DNA of 63,184 bases, counting the filler. It is 12 parts of 12 records of this genome, joined end to end, with 100 filler letters (N's around TTAATTAATTAA, not from the genome) between each part and the next. Parts side by side here need not be neighbours in the genome. Positions count along the whole stretch, not along the records: positions 17,547 to 24,255 come from SRR11831586_264; positions 24,356 to 34,349 come from SRR11831586_267; 10 more parts are not named here. One strand, written 5' to 3'. Position 1 is the first letter of the stretch; every line of letters starts with the position of its first letter. Made by a program: the position numbers and the translations under genes. Below are positions 23,713 through 34,449 of the stretch, piece after piece. A model generated the notes under the pieces. It saw only the letters and a list, made by a program, of their open reading frames with translations. It did not search any database and was not told where the DNA came from.

Positions 23713-23800
23713 GGGAAACCCTGTCTGAAAGTTATAGTTAACCTACCCCATCCGTAGATGGGGGGATGTATGGGTACGTTGTAATTAGGGATTTAACGAA

Positions 23801-24255
23801 TTAGCGCCAGGCGTCAAACCAGCCAAGCCCTTCTTCGGTGAGGCCACGAGGTTTATATTCACAACCGATCCAGCCCTGATATCCCACCTCATCGAACAGG
23901 CGGAACAGCCACGGATAGTTGATTTCTCCATCGTCCGGTTCATGTCGATCAGGTAGTCCGGCAATTTGTACGTGCGCATATTTCCCGGCGTAGTCGCGGA
24001 TTAAATGCGTCAGGTTGCCATCTACTTTTTGCGCATGAAAAGTATCTAGTTGAATAAACACGTTATCTCGCGCAACCTCTTCAACAATAGCCAGTGCCTG
24101 ATACTGGCTGGAGAAGAGATAATGAGGCTTAACGCCGGGGCTGAGTGCTTCAACTAATATTCGCTTGCCGTGTGGCGCAAAGCGGTCGGCAGCGTAGCGG
24201 ATATTATCGATAAATACTGCCCGGTACCGTTCAGCATCTTCGCCAGCGGGCACGA
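23801..24255 (-). CDS. ygbM: 2-oxo-tetronate isomerase (Hyi family, OtnI), 5' partial
   Basis: DTFHAQ, HVQIAG, RHEP and GCEY motifs. Confidence 0.9.
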
Positions 24256-24355
24256 NNNNNNNNNNNNNNNNNNNNNNNNNNNNNNNNNNNNNNNNNNNNT
24301 TAATTAATTAANNNNNNNNNNNNNNNNNNNNNNNNNNNNNNNNNNNNNNNNNNNN
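24256..24355. other. Artificial contig spacer
   Basis: N44-TTAATTAATTAA-N44. Confidence 0.99.
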
Positions 24356-24443
24356 CCTGATGCGCTACGCTTATCAGGCCTACGTGATTCCTGCAATTTA
24401 TTGAATTTGTTGGCCGGATAAGGCATTTACGCCGCATCCGGCA
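24356..24443. repeat. REP/BIME downstream of mgtA (contig breaks inside the repeat)
   Basis: CCTGATGCGCTACGCTTATCAGGCCTAC...GCCGGATAAGGCATTTACGCCGCATCCGGC. Confidence 0.92.
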
Positions 24444-24501
24444 TGAACAAAACTCACTTTGTCTACAATCTGAATCGGGGCTATCGTGCCCAGTTTATTC
24501 T

Positions 24502-27198
24502 TTATTGCCAGCCGTAACGACGGCTATAGAACCCTTTCACCAACTGGGTTAATGTCATATACCCTGCCAGAATCGCAACCAGCCACGGGAAATAGCTTAA
24601 CGGCAGCGCCTGTAATTGCAGATAACTGGCCAGCGGTGAAAACGGCAATGCGATCCCGACAATCATCACGATCACGGTCATGATCATTAACGGCCACGAT
24701 GCACAGCTCTGAATAAACGGCACACGGCGGGTGCGGATCATATGCACAATCAGCGTTTGCGACAGTAAGCCCACCACAAACCATCCCGACTGGAACAGCG
24801 TTTGCGTTTCCGGCGTGTTGGCATGGAATACCCACCACATCAGGCAAAACGTCAAAATATCGAAGATCGAGCTGATCGGTCCGAAGAAGATCATAAAGCG
24901 CCCCAGATCCGCCGGATTCCAACGCTGCGGCTTTTGAATTTGCTCGTCGTCGACGTTATCAAACGGGATCGCCACCTGTGACACATCGTACAGCAGGTTC
25001 TGAATAAGCAAGTGTAACGGCAACATCGGCAGGAAGGGCAAGAAAGCACTCGCTACCAGCACGCTGAACACATTACCGAAGTTAGAGCTCGCCGTCATTT
25101 TGATGTATTTCAGCATGTTGGCGAAAGTGCGACGTCCCTCAATAACCCCCTCTTCCAGCACCATCAGGCTTTTTTCCAGCAGGATGATATCAGCCGCTTC
25201 ACGGGCAATATCTACCGCGCCGTCCACAGAAATGCCGATATCCGCAGCGCGTAAGGCGGGCGCATCATTAATACCATCGCCCATAAAGCCAACCACATGC
25301 CCTTCGCGCTTCAGTAAGGTCACAATGCGTTCTTTATGCATCGGCGTCAGGCGGGCAAACAGCGTGGTACGCTGTGCAAGATTTGCCAGTTCGTCGTCAG
25401 ATAGCGTTTCAATATCACTACCAATGACCACCTCTCCCGCGTCCAGCCCCACTTCATGGCACACTTTCGCTGCAACTAACTCACTGTCGCCAGTAAGGAT
25501 TTTTACGGTAATTCCACTCGCTTTTAATGCCTTCAGTGCCGGAGCGGTTGTCTCTTTTGGCGGATCAAGAAAAGCAATATATCCTTCGAGGATCAGGTCG
25601 GATTCATCCGCCCGCTGGTAATCTCCTTCACGCGCTGGCAGGTATTTCGTCGCCACCGCAACCACGCGCAGCCCCTGACGATTCAGCGTATCAGTAACCC
25701 GCTTAATCTTACGCAGCATGATGTCATCGAGCGGCACAATCTCGCCATTGTGACGCACCTGCGAACACACATTGAGGATTTCCTGCAATGCACCTTTGCA
25801 AACCAGCTGATGGTGCTCGGTATTTTCTGCCACTACCACCGACATCCGGCGACGCTCGAAATCAAACGGAATCTCATCAATTTTTTGCCAACGACTGGCC
25901 AGCGAGCGCGCTGACTCTTCATCCGTACCTTCGAGCACCGCTGTATCGAGCAGGTTTTTAAGTCCGGTCTGATAATGACTGTTCAACCACGCGCTATGCA
26001 GCACGCGTTCGCTGGTTTTACCGGAGATATCGGTATGATTCTCCAGCACAATTTTATCCTGCGTCAGGGTGCCGGTTTTATCAGTGCACAGAATATCCAT
26101 TGCGCCAAAGTTCTGAATAGCATCCAGATGTTTGACGATCACTTTCTGTTTCGACAGCTTTACTGCGCCGCGCGCCAGCGTCGAGGTAACAATCATCGGC
26201 AACATTTCCGGCGTTAGGCCTACCGCGACCGAAAGCGCAAACAGCGCCGCTTCCCACCAGTCGCCTTTGGTGTAACCATTGATTAACAGCACCACCGGTG
26301 CCATCACCAGCATAAAGCGAATCAGCAGCATACTGACGCGGCTGATCCCTTGCTGAAAGGCATTCGGCTCGCTTTCCTGCTCACTAACACGCCCCGCCAG
26401 TTGACCAAACCAGGTATTGGCACCTGTAGCAATCACCATTGCTTGTGCCGTGCCGCTCACCACGGTGGTGCCCATAAAACACAGCGTGTCGCACTCCAGC
26501 GGATTGCTGTGCTCCGGCTGGCGAGTGGTAGCGGCTTTTTCTACGGGCAGAGACTCACCGGTTAACGACGCCTGAGCGACGAACAGATCCCGCGCCTGCA
26601 AGATACGTAAATCTGCCGGGATCATATCTCCCGCCGCCAGTTTTATAATATCGCCGGGCACCAGCTGGTCGATCGGGATCTCCAGCCAGCCATTTTCGCC
26701 TTTGTCGTTAATTACGCGCAGCACCGTCGCAGTATTGCTGACCATCGCTTTCAGGGCATCTGCCGCTTTAGTGGAACGTGCTTCCTGAATAAAGTTCAGC
26801 AACGTAGAAATAGCGACCATTAGCGCGATAACGCCCGCAGCAAATAAATCTTCCGTGGCGTAAGAAATAGCGCCGAGAATGGTGAGTAAAATATTAAAGG
26901 GGTTGCGATAGCAGACCCATAAATGTACCCACCACGGCGACGGTTGTTGTGCGGGTAATTTATTTTCACCATGTTGTTCGCGGGCAGATTCCACTTCCGC
27001 CTGATTTAACCCTTCCGGATGGGTGTCGAACGTTTTCCACAATTCTTCTTCGGGCATCACCGCCATTTTCAGGCAATGCGCACTTAAGGACGGCGGGACC
27101 ACCGTATTCACTGTCTGCTGCGCGCCAGGCAATGGATCACGATGAACCAGACGGGAAGGTAAATGGCGAATGAGCCGGGTAAAAATTTCTTTAAACAT
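24502..27198 (-). CDS. mgtA: Mg2+-transporting P-type ATPase
   Basis: TGES, DKTGTLT and GDGIND motifs; 898 aa. Confidence 0.99.
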   Translation of the reverse strand: MFKEIFTRLIRHLPSRLVHRDPLPGAQQTVNTVVPPSLSAHCLKMAVMPEEELWKTFDTHPEGLNQAEVESAREQHGENKLPAQQPSPWWVHLWVCYRNPFNILLTILGAISYATEDLFAAGVIALMVAISTLLNFIQEARSTKAADALKAMVSNTATVLRVINDKGENGWLEIPIDQLVPGDIIKLAAGDMIPADLRILQARDLFVAQASLTGESLPVEKAATTRQPEHSNPLECDTLCFMGTTVVSGTAQAMVIATGANTWFGQLAGRVSEQESEPNAFQQGISRVSMLLIRFMLVMAPVVLLINGYTKGDWWEAALFALSVAVGLTPEMLPMIVTSTLARGAVKLSKQKVIVKHLDAIQNFGAMDILCTDKTGTLTQDKIVLENHTDISGKTSERVLHSAWLNSHYQTGLKNLLDTAVLEGTDEESARSLASRWQKIDEIPFDFERRRMSVVVAENTEHHQLVCKGALQEILNVCSQVRHNGEIVPLDDIMLRKIKRVTDTLNRQGLRVVAVATKYLPAREGDYQRADESDLILEGYIAFLDPPKETTAPALKALKASGITVKILTGDSELVAAKVCHEVGLDAGEVVIGSDIETLSDDELANLAQRTTLFARLTPMHKERIVTLLKREGHVVGFMGDGINDAPALRAADIGISVDGAVDIAREAADIILLEKSLMVLEEGVIEGRRTFANMLKYIKMTASSNFGNVFSVLVASAFLPFLPMLPLHLLIQNLLYDVSQVAIPFDNVDDEQIQKPQRWNPADLGRFMIFFGPISSIFDILTFCLMWWVFHANTPETQTLFQSGWFVVGLLSQTLIVHMIRTRRVPFIQSCASWPLMIMTVIVMIVGIALPFSPLASYLQLQALPLSYFPWLVAILAGYMTLTQLVKGFYSRRYGWQ

Positions 27199-27338
27199 AA
27201 GGAGTCCCTCCGCACTGTCTGAAACAGTACAGAAATGTCTTCAGGCGTGGCGAAGCCTTACCTGAAGGTAATAAAGCTGAGCAGGGACGTTAAAACGTCA
27301 CGGCCTTACGCATCCGGTAACGCCGTGAAAAGACGGGC

Positions 27339-27392
27339 TTACCGGAAAAGTTTTAATCTCCGTCGAGGGAGAGGCGTGGGATCAGGTTCCAT
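27339..27392 (-). CDS. mgtL: Proline-rich leader peptide in the Mg2+-sensing mgtA leader
   Basis: [17 protein letters not shown] preceded by GGAGG. Confidence 0.95.
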
Positions 27393-27485
27393 ATAACCTC
27401 CGGTAAGTGAAAAAAGCGCCGCAAATAATAAGGAGAATCCAATAATATTCGTAGCATCTATGGCGATATAATACCTGCTGACAAC

Positions 27486-27502
27486 TAAACCAACGATAAA
27501 CC
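27486..27502 (-). promoter_or_regulatory. PhoP box of the mgtA promoter
   Basis: GGTTTA-TCGTT-GGTTTA direct repeat on the minus strand. Confidence 0.9.
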
Positions 27503-27576
27503 AGACTTTACCCATTGCTGAATGCACGGGTAACGTTAGGCTCAAATAATTAAACAACACGTTACAGGACAACAGG

Positions 27577-28524
27577 ATGCAAAATCGGCTGACCATCAAA
27601 GATATCGCGCGCTTAAGCGGCGTGGGGAAATCTACAGTTTCCCGGGTGCTGAATAACGAAAGCGGCGTGAGCCAGCTCACCCGCGAGCGTGTTGAAGCAG
27701 TGATGAATCAGCATGGATTTTCCCCTTCCCGCTCTGCGCGCGCTATGCGTGGGCAAAGCGATAAAGTGGTCGCCATCATTGTTACCCGTCTGGATTCGTT
27801 GTCAGAAAATCTCGCCGTTCAAACCATGCTGCCAGCGTTCTATGAACAAGGTTACGACCCAATCATGATGGAAAGTCAGTTTTCCCCGCAATTAGTTGCC
27901 GAACATTTGGGAGTGCTGAAACGGCGTAATATCGACGGCGTAGTGCTGTTCGGTTTTACTGGCATAACAGAAGAAATGTTAGCCCACTGGCAGTCATCGC
28001 TGGTTCTGCTGGCGCGTGACGCAAAAGGCTTTGCTTCGGTCTGTTATGACGACGAAGGGGCAATCAAAATCCTGATGCAACGGCTGTATGACCAGGGGCA
28101 TCGTAATATCAGTTATCTCGGCGTGCCGCACAGTGACGTGACAACCGGTAAGCGACGTCACGAAGCCTACCTGGCGTTCTGCAAAGCGCATAAACTGCAT
28201 CCCGTTGCCGCCCTGCCAGGGCTTGCTATGAAGCAAGGCTATGAGAACGTTGCAAAAGTGATTACGCCTGAAACTACCGCCTTACTGTGCGCAACCGACA
28301 CGCTGGCACTTGGCGCAAGTAAATACCTGCAAGAGCAACGCATCGACACCTTGCAACTGGCGAGCGTCGGTAATACGCCGTTAATGAAATTCCTCCATCC
28401 GGAGATCGTAACCGTAGATCCCGGTTACGCCGAAGCTGGACGCCAGGCGGCTTGCCAGTTGATCGCGCAGGTAACCGGGCGCAGCGAACCGCAACAAATC
28501 ATCATCCCCGCCACCCTGTCCTGA
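27577..28524 (+). CDS. treR: LacI-family trehalose repressor
   Basis: TIKDIARLSGVGKSTVSRVLN HTH. Confidence 0.97.
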   Translation: MQNRLTIKDIARLSGVGKSTVSRVLNNESGVSQLTRERVEAVMNQHGFSPSRSARAMRGQSDKVVAIIVTRLDSLSENLAVQTMLPAFYEQGYDPIMMESQFSPQLVAEHLGVLKRRNIDGVVLFGFTGITEEMLAHWQSSLVLLARDAKGFASVCYDDEGAIKILMQRLYDQGHRNISYLGVPHSDVTTGKRRHEAYLAFCKAHKLHPVAALPGLAMKQGYENVAKVITPETTALLCATDTLALGASKYLQEQRIDTLQLASVGNTPLMKFLHPEIVTVDPGYAEAGRQAACQLIAQVTGRSEPQQIIIPATLS

Positions 28525-28541
28525 TCGTTTCCTGAACGATA

Positions 28542-28577
28542 AATTGTGATCTTCGCTGCGTTTCGGGAACGTTCCCG
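28542..28577. promoter_or_regulatory. CRP-like site and TreR operator upstream of treB
   Basis: AATTGTGATC... half site followed by the palindrome CGGGAACGTTCCCG. Confidence 0.75.
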
Positions 28578-28642
28578 TTTTTAAATTTTTCCGCGCAATA
28601 TATTCTGCAGCCAACCAAAAATGTCATCTGCCATGGGGCTTT

Positions 28643-30064
28643 ATGATGAGCAAAATAAACCAAACGGATATCGATCGGTTGATTGAACTGGTCGGCGGGC
28701 GCGGCAATATTGCGACGGTGAGCCACTGTATTACTCGCCTACGCTTTGTCCTCAACCAACCGGCCAATGCCAGACCGAAAGAAATTGAGCAACTCCCTAT
28801 GGTGAAAGGCTGTTTCACCAATGCCGGGCAATTTCAGGTGGTGATTGGCACCAACGTGGGTGATTACTATCAAGCACTGATTGCGTCAACCGGACAGGCG
28901 CAGGTTGATAAAGAGCAGGTAAAAAAAGCCGCCCGGCATAATATGAAATGGCATGAGCAGTTGATCTCTCATTTCGCGGTGATCTTCTTCCCGTTGCTGC
29001 CCGCGTTGATTAGCGGCGGTTTGATCCTCGGTTTTCGCAATGTGATCGGCGATTTGCCCATGAGCAACGGTCAGACGCTGGCGCAAATGTACCCTTCCCT
29101 GCAAACGATCTACGATTTTCTGTGGTTGATCGGTGAAGCGATCTTCTTCTACCTGCCGGTCGGTATTTGCTGGTCAGCGGTGAAAAAAATGGGCGGCACG
29201 CCGATCCTTGGTATCGTGCTTGGCGTGACACTGGTTTCTCCACAGCTGATGAACGCTTATCTGCTCGGGCAGCAGCTGCCGGAAGTGTGGGACTTTGGCA
29301 TGTTCAGCATCGCCAAAGTAGGCTATCAGGCGCAGGTGATCCCGGCACTGTTAGCCGGACTGGCGCTGGGCGTTATTGAAACTCGCCTTAAACGCATCGT
29401 GCCGGATTACCTCTATCTGGTGGTGGTACCCGTCTGTTCGCTGATCCTCGCGGTGTTCCTCGCCCATGCGCTGATTGGTCCGTTTGGTCGCATGATTGGC
29501 GATGGCGTTGCCTTTGCGGTACGTCACCTGATGACCGGCAGCTTTGCTCCGATTGGCGCAGCATTGTTTGGCTTCCTGTACGCCCCGCTGGTGATCACCG
29601 GTGTACACCAGACCACGCTTGCTATTGATTTGCAGATGATTCAAAGCATGGGTGGTACGCCAGTGTGGCCGCTGATTGCGCTGTCGAATATCGCTCAGGG
29701 CTCCGCCGTGATAGGCATTATCATTTCCAGCCGCAAGCACAATGAACGCGAGATCTCCGTGCCTGCCGCTATCTCCGCCTGGCTTGGGGTCACTGAGCCT
29801 GCAATGTACGGCATCAACCTGAAATATCGCTTCCCGATGCTGTGCGCGATGATTGGTTCTGGTCTGGCAGGATTGCTATGCGGCCTGAACGGCGTTATGG
29901 CGAATGGCATCGGCGTAGGCGGCCTGCCGGGAATTCTCTCGATTCAACCGAGCTACTGGCAGGTGTTTGCGCTGGCAATGGCTATCGCCATCATCATCCC
30001 GATTGTACTCACCTCGTTTATCTATCAGCGGAAATACCGCCTGGGCACGCTGGACATTGTTTAA
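28643..30064 (+). CDS. treB: PTS trehalose EIIBC
   Basis: HCITRLRF phosphorylation motif; GVTEPAMYG. Confidence 0.97.
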   Translation: MMSKINQTDIDRLIELVGGRGNIATVSHCITRLRFVLNQPANARPKEIEQLPMVKGCFTNAGQFQVVIGTNVGDYYQALIASTGQAQVDKEQVKKAARHNMKWHEQLISHFAVIFFPLLPALISGGLILGFRNVIGDLPMSNGQTLAQMYPSLQTIYDFLWLIGEAIFFYLPVGICWSAVKKMGGTPILGIVLGVTLVSPQLMNAYLLGQQLPEVWDFGMFSIAKVGYQAQVIPALLAGLALGVIETRLKRIVPDYLYLVVVPVCSLILAVFLAHALIGPFGRMIGDGVAFAVRHLMTGSFAPIGAALFGFLYAPLVITGVHQTTLAIDLQMIQSMGGTPVWPLIALSNIAQGSAVIGIIISSRKHNEREISVPAAISAWLGVTEPAMYGINLKYRFPMLCAMIGSGLAGLLCGLNGVMANGIGVGGLPGILSIQPSYWQVFALAMAIAIIIPIVLTSFIYQRKYRLGTLDIV

Positions 30065-30113
30065 TTTTCTTCGGGGCGCAATTGCGCCCCCTCGCATTCG
30101 CAGGAATAACGTA

Positions 30114-31769
30114 ATGACTCATCTTCCCCACTGGTGGCAAAACGGCGTTATCTACCAGATTTATCCAAAGAGTTTTCAGGACACCACGGGTAGCGGTACC
30201 GGCGATTTACGTGGCGTTATCCAACACCTGGACTATCTGCATAAACTGGGCGTTGATGCCATCTGGCTAACCCCCTTTTATGTCTCTCCCCAGGTCGATA
30301 ACGGTTACGACGTAGCGAACTATACGGCGATTGATCCCACCTACGGCACGCTGGACGATTTTGACGAACTGGTGACGCAGGCAAAATCGCGCGGGATTCG
30401 TATCATTCTCGATATGGTGTTTAACCATACCTCTACCCAACATGCCTGGTTTCGCGAGGCGCTGAACAAAGAAAGCCCTTACCGCCAGTTTTATATCTGG
30501 CGCGATGGAGAACCAGAAACGCCACCGAACAACTGGCGTTCAAAATTTGGCGGTAGTGCGTGGCGCTGGCATGCGGAAAGCGAACAGTACTATTTGCATC
30601 TCTTTGCACCAGAACAGGCGGATCTCAACTGGGAGAATCCAGCGGTACGCGCAGAGCTGAAAAAAGTCTGTGAGTTCTGGGCCGATCGTGGGGTCGACGG
30701 GTTGCGCCTGGATGTGGTGAATCTGATCTCCAAAGACCCGCGTTTCCCTGAAGACCTGGACGGCGACGGGCGTCGCTTCTACACCGACGGGCCACGAGCA
30801 CACGAGTTTTTGCACGAGATGAACCGCGATGTGTTTACGCCACGCGGGTTAATGACCGTAGGTGAAATGTCCTCCACCAGCCTTGAGCATTGCCAGCGAT
30901 ACGCGGCTCTGACAGGCAGTGAATTGTCGATGACCTTTAATTTTCATCACCTGAAGGTCGATTATCCCGGTGGTGAAAAATGGACGCTGGCTAAACCTGA
31001 CTTTGTGGCGTTGAAAACATTGTTCCGCCACTGGCAACAAGGAATGCACAACGTAGCATGGAATGCCTTGTTCTGGTGTAACCACGATCAGCCGCGCATT
31101 GTTTCTCGCTTTGGTGATGAAGGTGAATACCGCGTGCCTGCGGCAAAAATGCTGGCGATGGTGCTGCATGGCATGCAGGGAACGCCGTATATCTACCAGG
31201 GCGAAGAGATTGGCATGACCAACCCGCATTTCACGCGCATTACTGACTATCGCGACGTAGAGAGCCTCAATATGTTTGCCGAGCTGCGCAACGATGGGCG
31301 TGATGCCGACGAGTTATTGGCAATCCTCGCCAGTAAATCCCGTGACAACAGTCGCACGCCCATGCAATGGAGCAACGGCGATAATGCCGGGTTTACGGCT
31401 GGCGAACCGTGGATTGGCCTGGGCGATAACTATCAACAAATCAACGTAGAAGCCGCGCTGGCCGATGATTCCTCGGTGTTTTACACCTACCAAAAGTTAA
31501 TCGCACTGCGTAAGCAGGAAGCCATCCTGACATGGGGCAATTACCAGGATCTGCTGCCAAACAGCCCTGTATTGTGGTGCTATCGCCGTGAATGGAAGGG
31601 GCAAACCTTGCTGGTCATTGCCAACCTTAGCCGTGAGATCCAACCCTGGCAGGCAGGGCAAATGCGCGGCAACTGGCAGCTTGTGATGCATAACTACGAA
31701 GAAGCCTCACCACAACCCTGTGCCATGAATTTACGGCCTTTTGAGGCTGTCTGGTGGTTACAGAAGTAA
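30114..31769 (+). CDS. treC: Trehalose-6-phosphate hydrolase (GH13)
   Basis: YQIYPKSF, GLRLDVV and NHDQPR motifs. Confidence 0.97.
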   Translation: MTHLPHWWQNGVIYQIYPKSFQDTTGSGTGDLRGVIQHLDYLHKLGVDAIWLTPFYVSPQVDNGYDVANYTAIDPTYGTLDDFDELVTQAKSRGIRIILDMVFNHTSTQHAWFREALNKESPYRQFYIWRDGEPETPPNNWRSKFGGSAWRWHAESEQYYLHLFAPEQADLNWENPAVRAELKKVCEFWADRGVDGLRLDVVNLISKDPRFPEDLDGDGRRFYTDGPRAHEFLHEMNRDVFTPRGLMTVGEMSSTSLEHCQRYAALTGSELSMTFNFHHLKVDYPGGEKWTLAKPDFVALKTLFRHWQQGMHNVAWNALFWCNHDQPRIVSRFGDEGEYRVPAAKMLAMVLHGMQGTPYIYQGEEIGMTNPHFTRITDYRDVESLNMFAELRNDGRDADELLAILASKSRDNSRTPMQWSNGDNAGFTAGEPWIGLGDNYQQINVEAALADDSSVFYTYQKLIALRKQEAILTWGNYQDLLPNSPVLWCYRREWKGQTLLVIANLSREIQPWQAGQMRGNWQLVMHNYEEASPQPCAMNLRPFEAVWWLQK

Positions 31770-31780
31770 ATCTTCCCTAA

Positions 31781-31811
31781 GCCCCGGTAATGCCGGTCAT
31801 TCCGGGGTTTT
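31781..31811 (+). terminator. Intrinsic terminator after treC
   Basis: CCCCGG...CCGGGG followed by TTTT. Confidence 0.6.
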
Positions 31812-31913
31812 GTCTGTCAGTATGTTGTTTTTGTTGATTTTTCAACCAGCAAATTCATTAAAAAATTTACATATCGCTGTAGCGCCCGTCATCCGTACGC
31901 TCTGCTTTTTACT

Positions 31914-32001
31914 TTGAGCTACATCAAAAAAAGCTCAAACATCCTTGATGCAAAGCACTATATATAGACTTTAAAATGCGTCCCAACCCAATATGTTGTA
32001 T
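31914..32001 (+). promoter_or_regulatory. FNR site and tandem NrdR boxes upstream of nrdD
   Basis: TTGAGCTACATCAA (FNR); GCACTATATATAGACT and ACCCAATATGTTGTAT (NrdR-like, starts 31 bp apart). Confidence 0.75.
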
Positions 32002-32162
32002 TAATCGACTATAATTGCTACTACAGCTCCCCACGAAAAAGGTGCGGCGTTGTGGATAAGCGGATGGCGATTGCGGAAAGCACCGGAAAACGAAACGAAA
32101 AAACCGGAAAACGCCTTTCCCAATTTCTGTGGATAACCTGTTCTTAAAAATATGGAGCGATC

Positions 32163-34301
32163 ATGACACCGCATGTGATGAAACGAGACGGCTGCAAAGT
32201 GCCGTTTAAATCAGAGCGCATCAAAGAAGCGATTCTGCGTGCAGCTAAAGCAGCGGAAGTCGATGATGCCGATTATTGCGCCACTGTTGCCGCGGTTGTC
32301 AGCGAGCAGATGCAGGGCCGCAACCAGGTGGATATCAATGAGATCCAGACCGCAGTTGAAAATCAGCTGATGTCAGGTCCATACAAACAACTGGCTCGTG
32401 CTTACATCGAGTACCGTCACGATCGCGACATTGAACGTGAAAAACGCGGTCGCCTGAACCAGGAGATCCGTGGTCTGGTCGAGCAGACCAACGCCTCGTT
32501 ACTCAACGAAAACGCCAACAAAGACAGCAAGGTGATTCCAACCCAGCGCGACCTGCTGGCCGGGATCGTGGCTAAACACTATGCACGTCAGCACCTGCTG
32601 CCGCGTGACGTGGTGCAGGCACATGAGCGTGGCGATATTCACTATCACGATCTCGATTACTCACCGTTCTTCCCGATGTTCAACTGCATGTTGATCGACC
32701 TGAAAGGCATGCTGACCCAGGGCTTTAAAATGGGGAACGCCGAGATTGAACCGCCGAAGTCGATCTCTACGGCAACCGCGGTAACTGCGCAGATTATTGC
32801 TCAGGTTGCCAGCCATATTTATGGCGGCACCACCATTAACCGTATCGATGAAGTGCTGGCACCGTTTGTCACTGCCAGCTACAACAAACATCGCAAGACC
32901 GCAGAAGAGTGGAACATCCCGGACGCCGAAGGCTACGCTAACTCTCGAACCATCAAAGAGTGCTACGATGCCTTCCAGTCACTGGAGTACGAAGTAAACA
33001 CCCTGCACACCGCCAACGGTCAGACGCCGTTTGTAACCTTTGGTTTTGGCCTGGGCACCAGCTGGGAATCGCGCCTGATTCAGGAATCGATCCTGCGTAA
33101 CCGTATCGCAGGCCTCGGTAAAAACCGTAAAACTGCGGTGTTCCCGAAACTGGTGTTTGCGATTCGCGATGGCCTGAACCATAAAAAAGGCGATCCGAAC
33201 TACGACATCAAACAGCTGGCGCTGGAGTGCGCAAGCAAGCGCATGTATCCGGATATCCTGAACTACGATCAGGTAGTGAAAGTCACCGGTTCGTTTAAAA
33301 CTCCGATGGGCTGCCGCAGCTTCCTCGGCGTGTGGGAAAATGAAAACGGCGAGCAGATCCACGATGGTCGTAACAACCTCGGCGTGATCAGCCTGAACCT
33401 GCCGCGTATTGCTCTGGAAGCAAAAGGCGATGAAGCCACCTTCTGGAAGCTGCTGGATGAACGTCTGGTGCTGGCACGTAAGGCGCTGATGACCCGTATC
33501 GCTCGTCTCGAAGGCGTGAAAGCGCGCGTGGCCCCGATCCTCTATATGGAAGGTGCTTGTGGCGTGCGTCTCAATGCTGACGATGATGTTTCTGAAATCT
33601 TCAAAAACGGTCGTGCGTCTATTTCGCTGGGTTACATCGGCATCCACGAAACCATTAACGCGCTGTTCGGCGGCGAGCATGTTTACGACAACGAGCAGCT
33701 TCGCGCGAAAGGTATCGCCATTGTTGAACGTCTGCGTCAGGCAGTGGATCAGTGGAAAGAAGAAACGGGTTATGGTTTCAGTCTCTACAGCACGCCGAGT
33801 GAAAACCTGTGCGATCGCTTCTGCCGTCTCGATACTGCTGAGTTTGGCGTGGTGCCGGGCGTGACCGATAAAGGTTACTACACCAACAGTTTCCACCTCG
33901 ATGTGGAGAAGAAGGTGAACCCGTACGACAAGATCGACTTTGAAGCGCCTTACCCGCCGCTGGCGAACGGTGGTTTCATTTGCTACGGCGAGTATCCAAA
34001 CATTCAGCACAACCTGAAGGCGCTGGAAGATGTCTGGGATTACAGCTATCAGCATGTACCGTATTACGGCACCAATACACCGATTGATGAGTGCTACGAG
34101 TGTGGCTTTACCGGTGAGTTCGAGTGCACCAGCAAAGGCTTCACTTGCCCGAAATGTGGTAACCATGACGCCTCCCGTGTGTCGGTAACTCGCCGCGTGT
34201 GCGGATATTTAGGTAGCCCGGATGCACGTCCGTTTAACGCTGGTAAGCAGGAAGAAGTTAAGCGCCGCGTTAAACATTTGGGGAATGGGCAGATAGGTTA
34301 A
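32163..34301 (+). CDS. nrdD: Anaerobic (class III) ribonucleoside-triphosphate reductase
   Basis: ATP-cone, CxxC...CxxC and RVCGY glycyl-radical motif. Confidence 0.99.
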   Translation: MTPHVMKRDGCKVPFKSERIKEAILRAAKAAEVDDADYCATVAAVVSEQMQGRNQVDINEIQTAVENQLMSGPYKQLARAYIEYRHDRDIEREKRGRLNQEIRGLVEQTNASLLNENANKDSKVIPTQRDLLAGIVAKHYARQHLLPRDVVQAHERGDIHYHDLDYSPFFPMFNCMLIDLKGMLTQGFKMGNAEIEPPKSISTATAVTAQIIAQVASHIYGGTTINRIDEVLAPFVTASYNKHRKTAEEWNIPDAEGYANSRTIKECYDAFQSLEYEVNTLHTANGQTPFVTFGFGLGTSWESRLIQESILRNRIAGLGKNRKTAVFPKLVFAIRDGLNHKKGDPNYDIKQLALECASKRMYPDILNYDQVVKVTGSFKTPMGCRSFLGVWENENGEQIHDGRNNLGVISLNLPRIALEAKGDEATFWKLLDERLVLARKALMTRIARLEGVKARVAPILYMEGACGVRLNADDDVSEIFKNGRASISLGYIGIHETINALFGGEHVYDNEQLRAKGIAIVERLRQAVDQWKEETGYGFSLYSTPSENLCDRFCRLDTAEFGVVPGVTDKGYYTNSFHLDVEKKVNPYDKIDFEAPYPPLANGGFICYGEYPNIQHNLKALEDVWDYSYQHVPYYGTNTPIDECYECGFTGEFECTSKGFTCPKCGNHDASRVSVTRRVCGYLGSPDARPFNAGKQEEVKRRVKHLGNGQIG

Positions 34302-34322
34302 TCTTCACTCTGAGCTAAGCAA

Positions 34323-34349
34323 ATGCCGGATGCGGCGTAAACGCCTTAT
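34323..34349. repeat. Partial REP after nrdD (contig break)
   Basis: ATGCCGGATGCGGCGTAAACGCCTTAT. Confidence 0.9.
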
Positions 34350-34449
34350 NNNNNNNNNNNNNNNNNNNNNNNNNNNNNNNNNNNNNNNNNNNNTTAATTA
34401 ATTAANNNNNNNNNNNNNNNNNNNNNNNNNNNNNNNNNNNNNNNNNNNN
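34350..34449. other. Artificial contig spacer
   Basis: N44-TTAATTAATTAA-N44. Confidence 0.99.

Noticed and set aside
32979..34166. 395-aa antisense ORF within nrdD (similar ones oppose ytfE, fklB, rpoS and mipA)
   Set aside because: Shadow ORFs expected from the codon bias of well-expressed genes; no recognisable motifs
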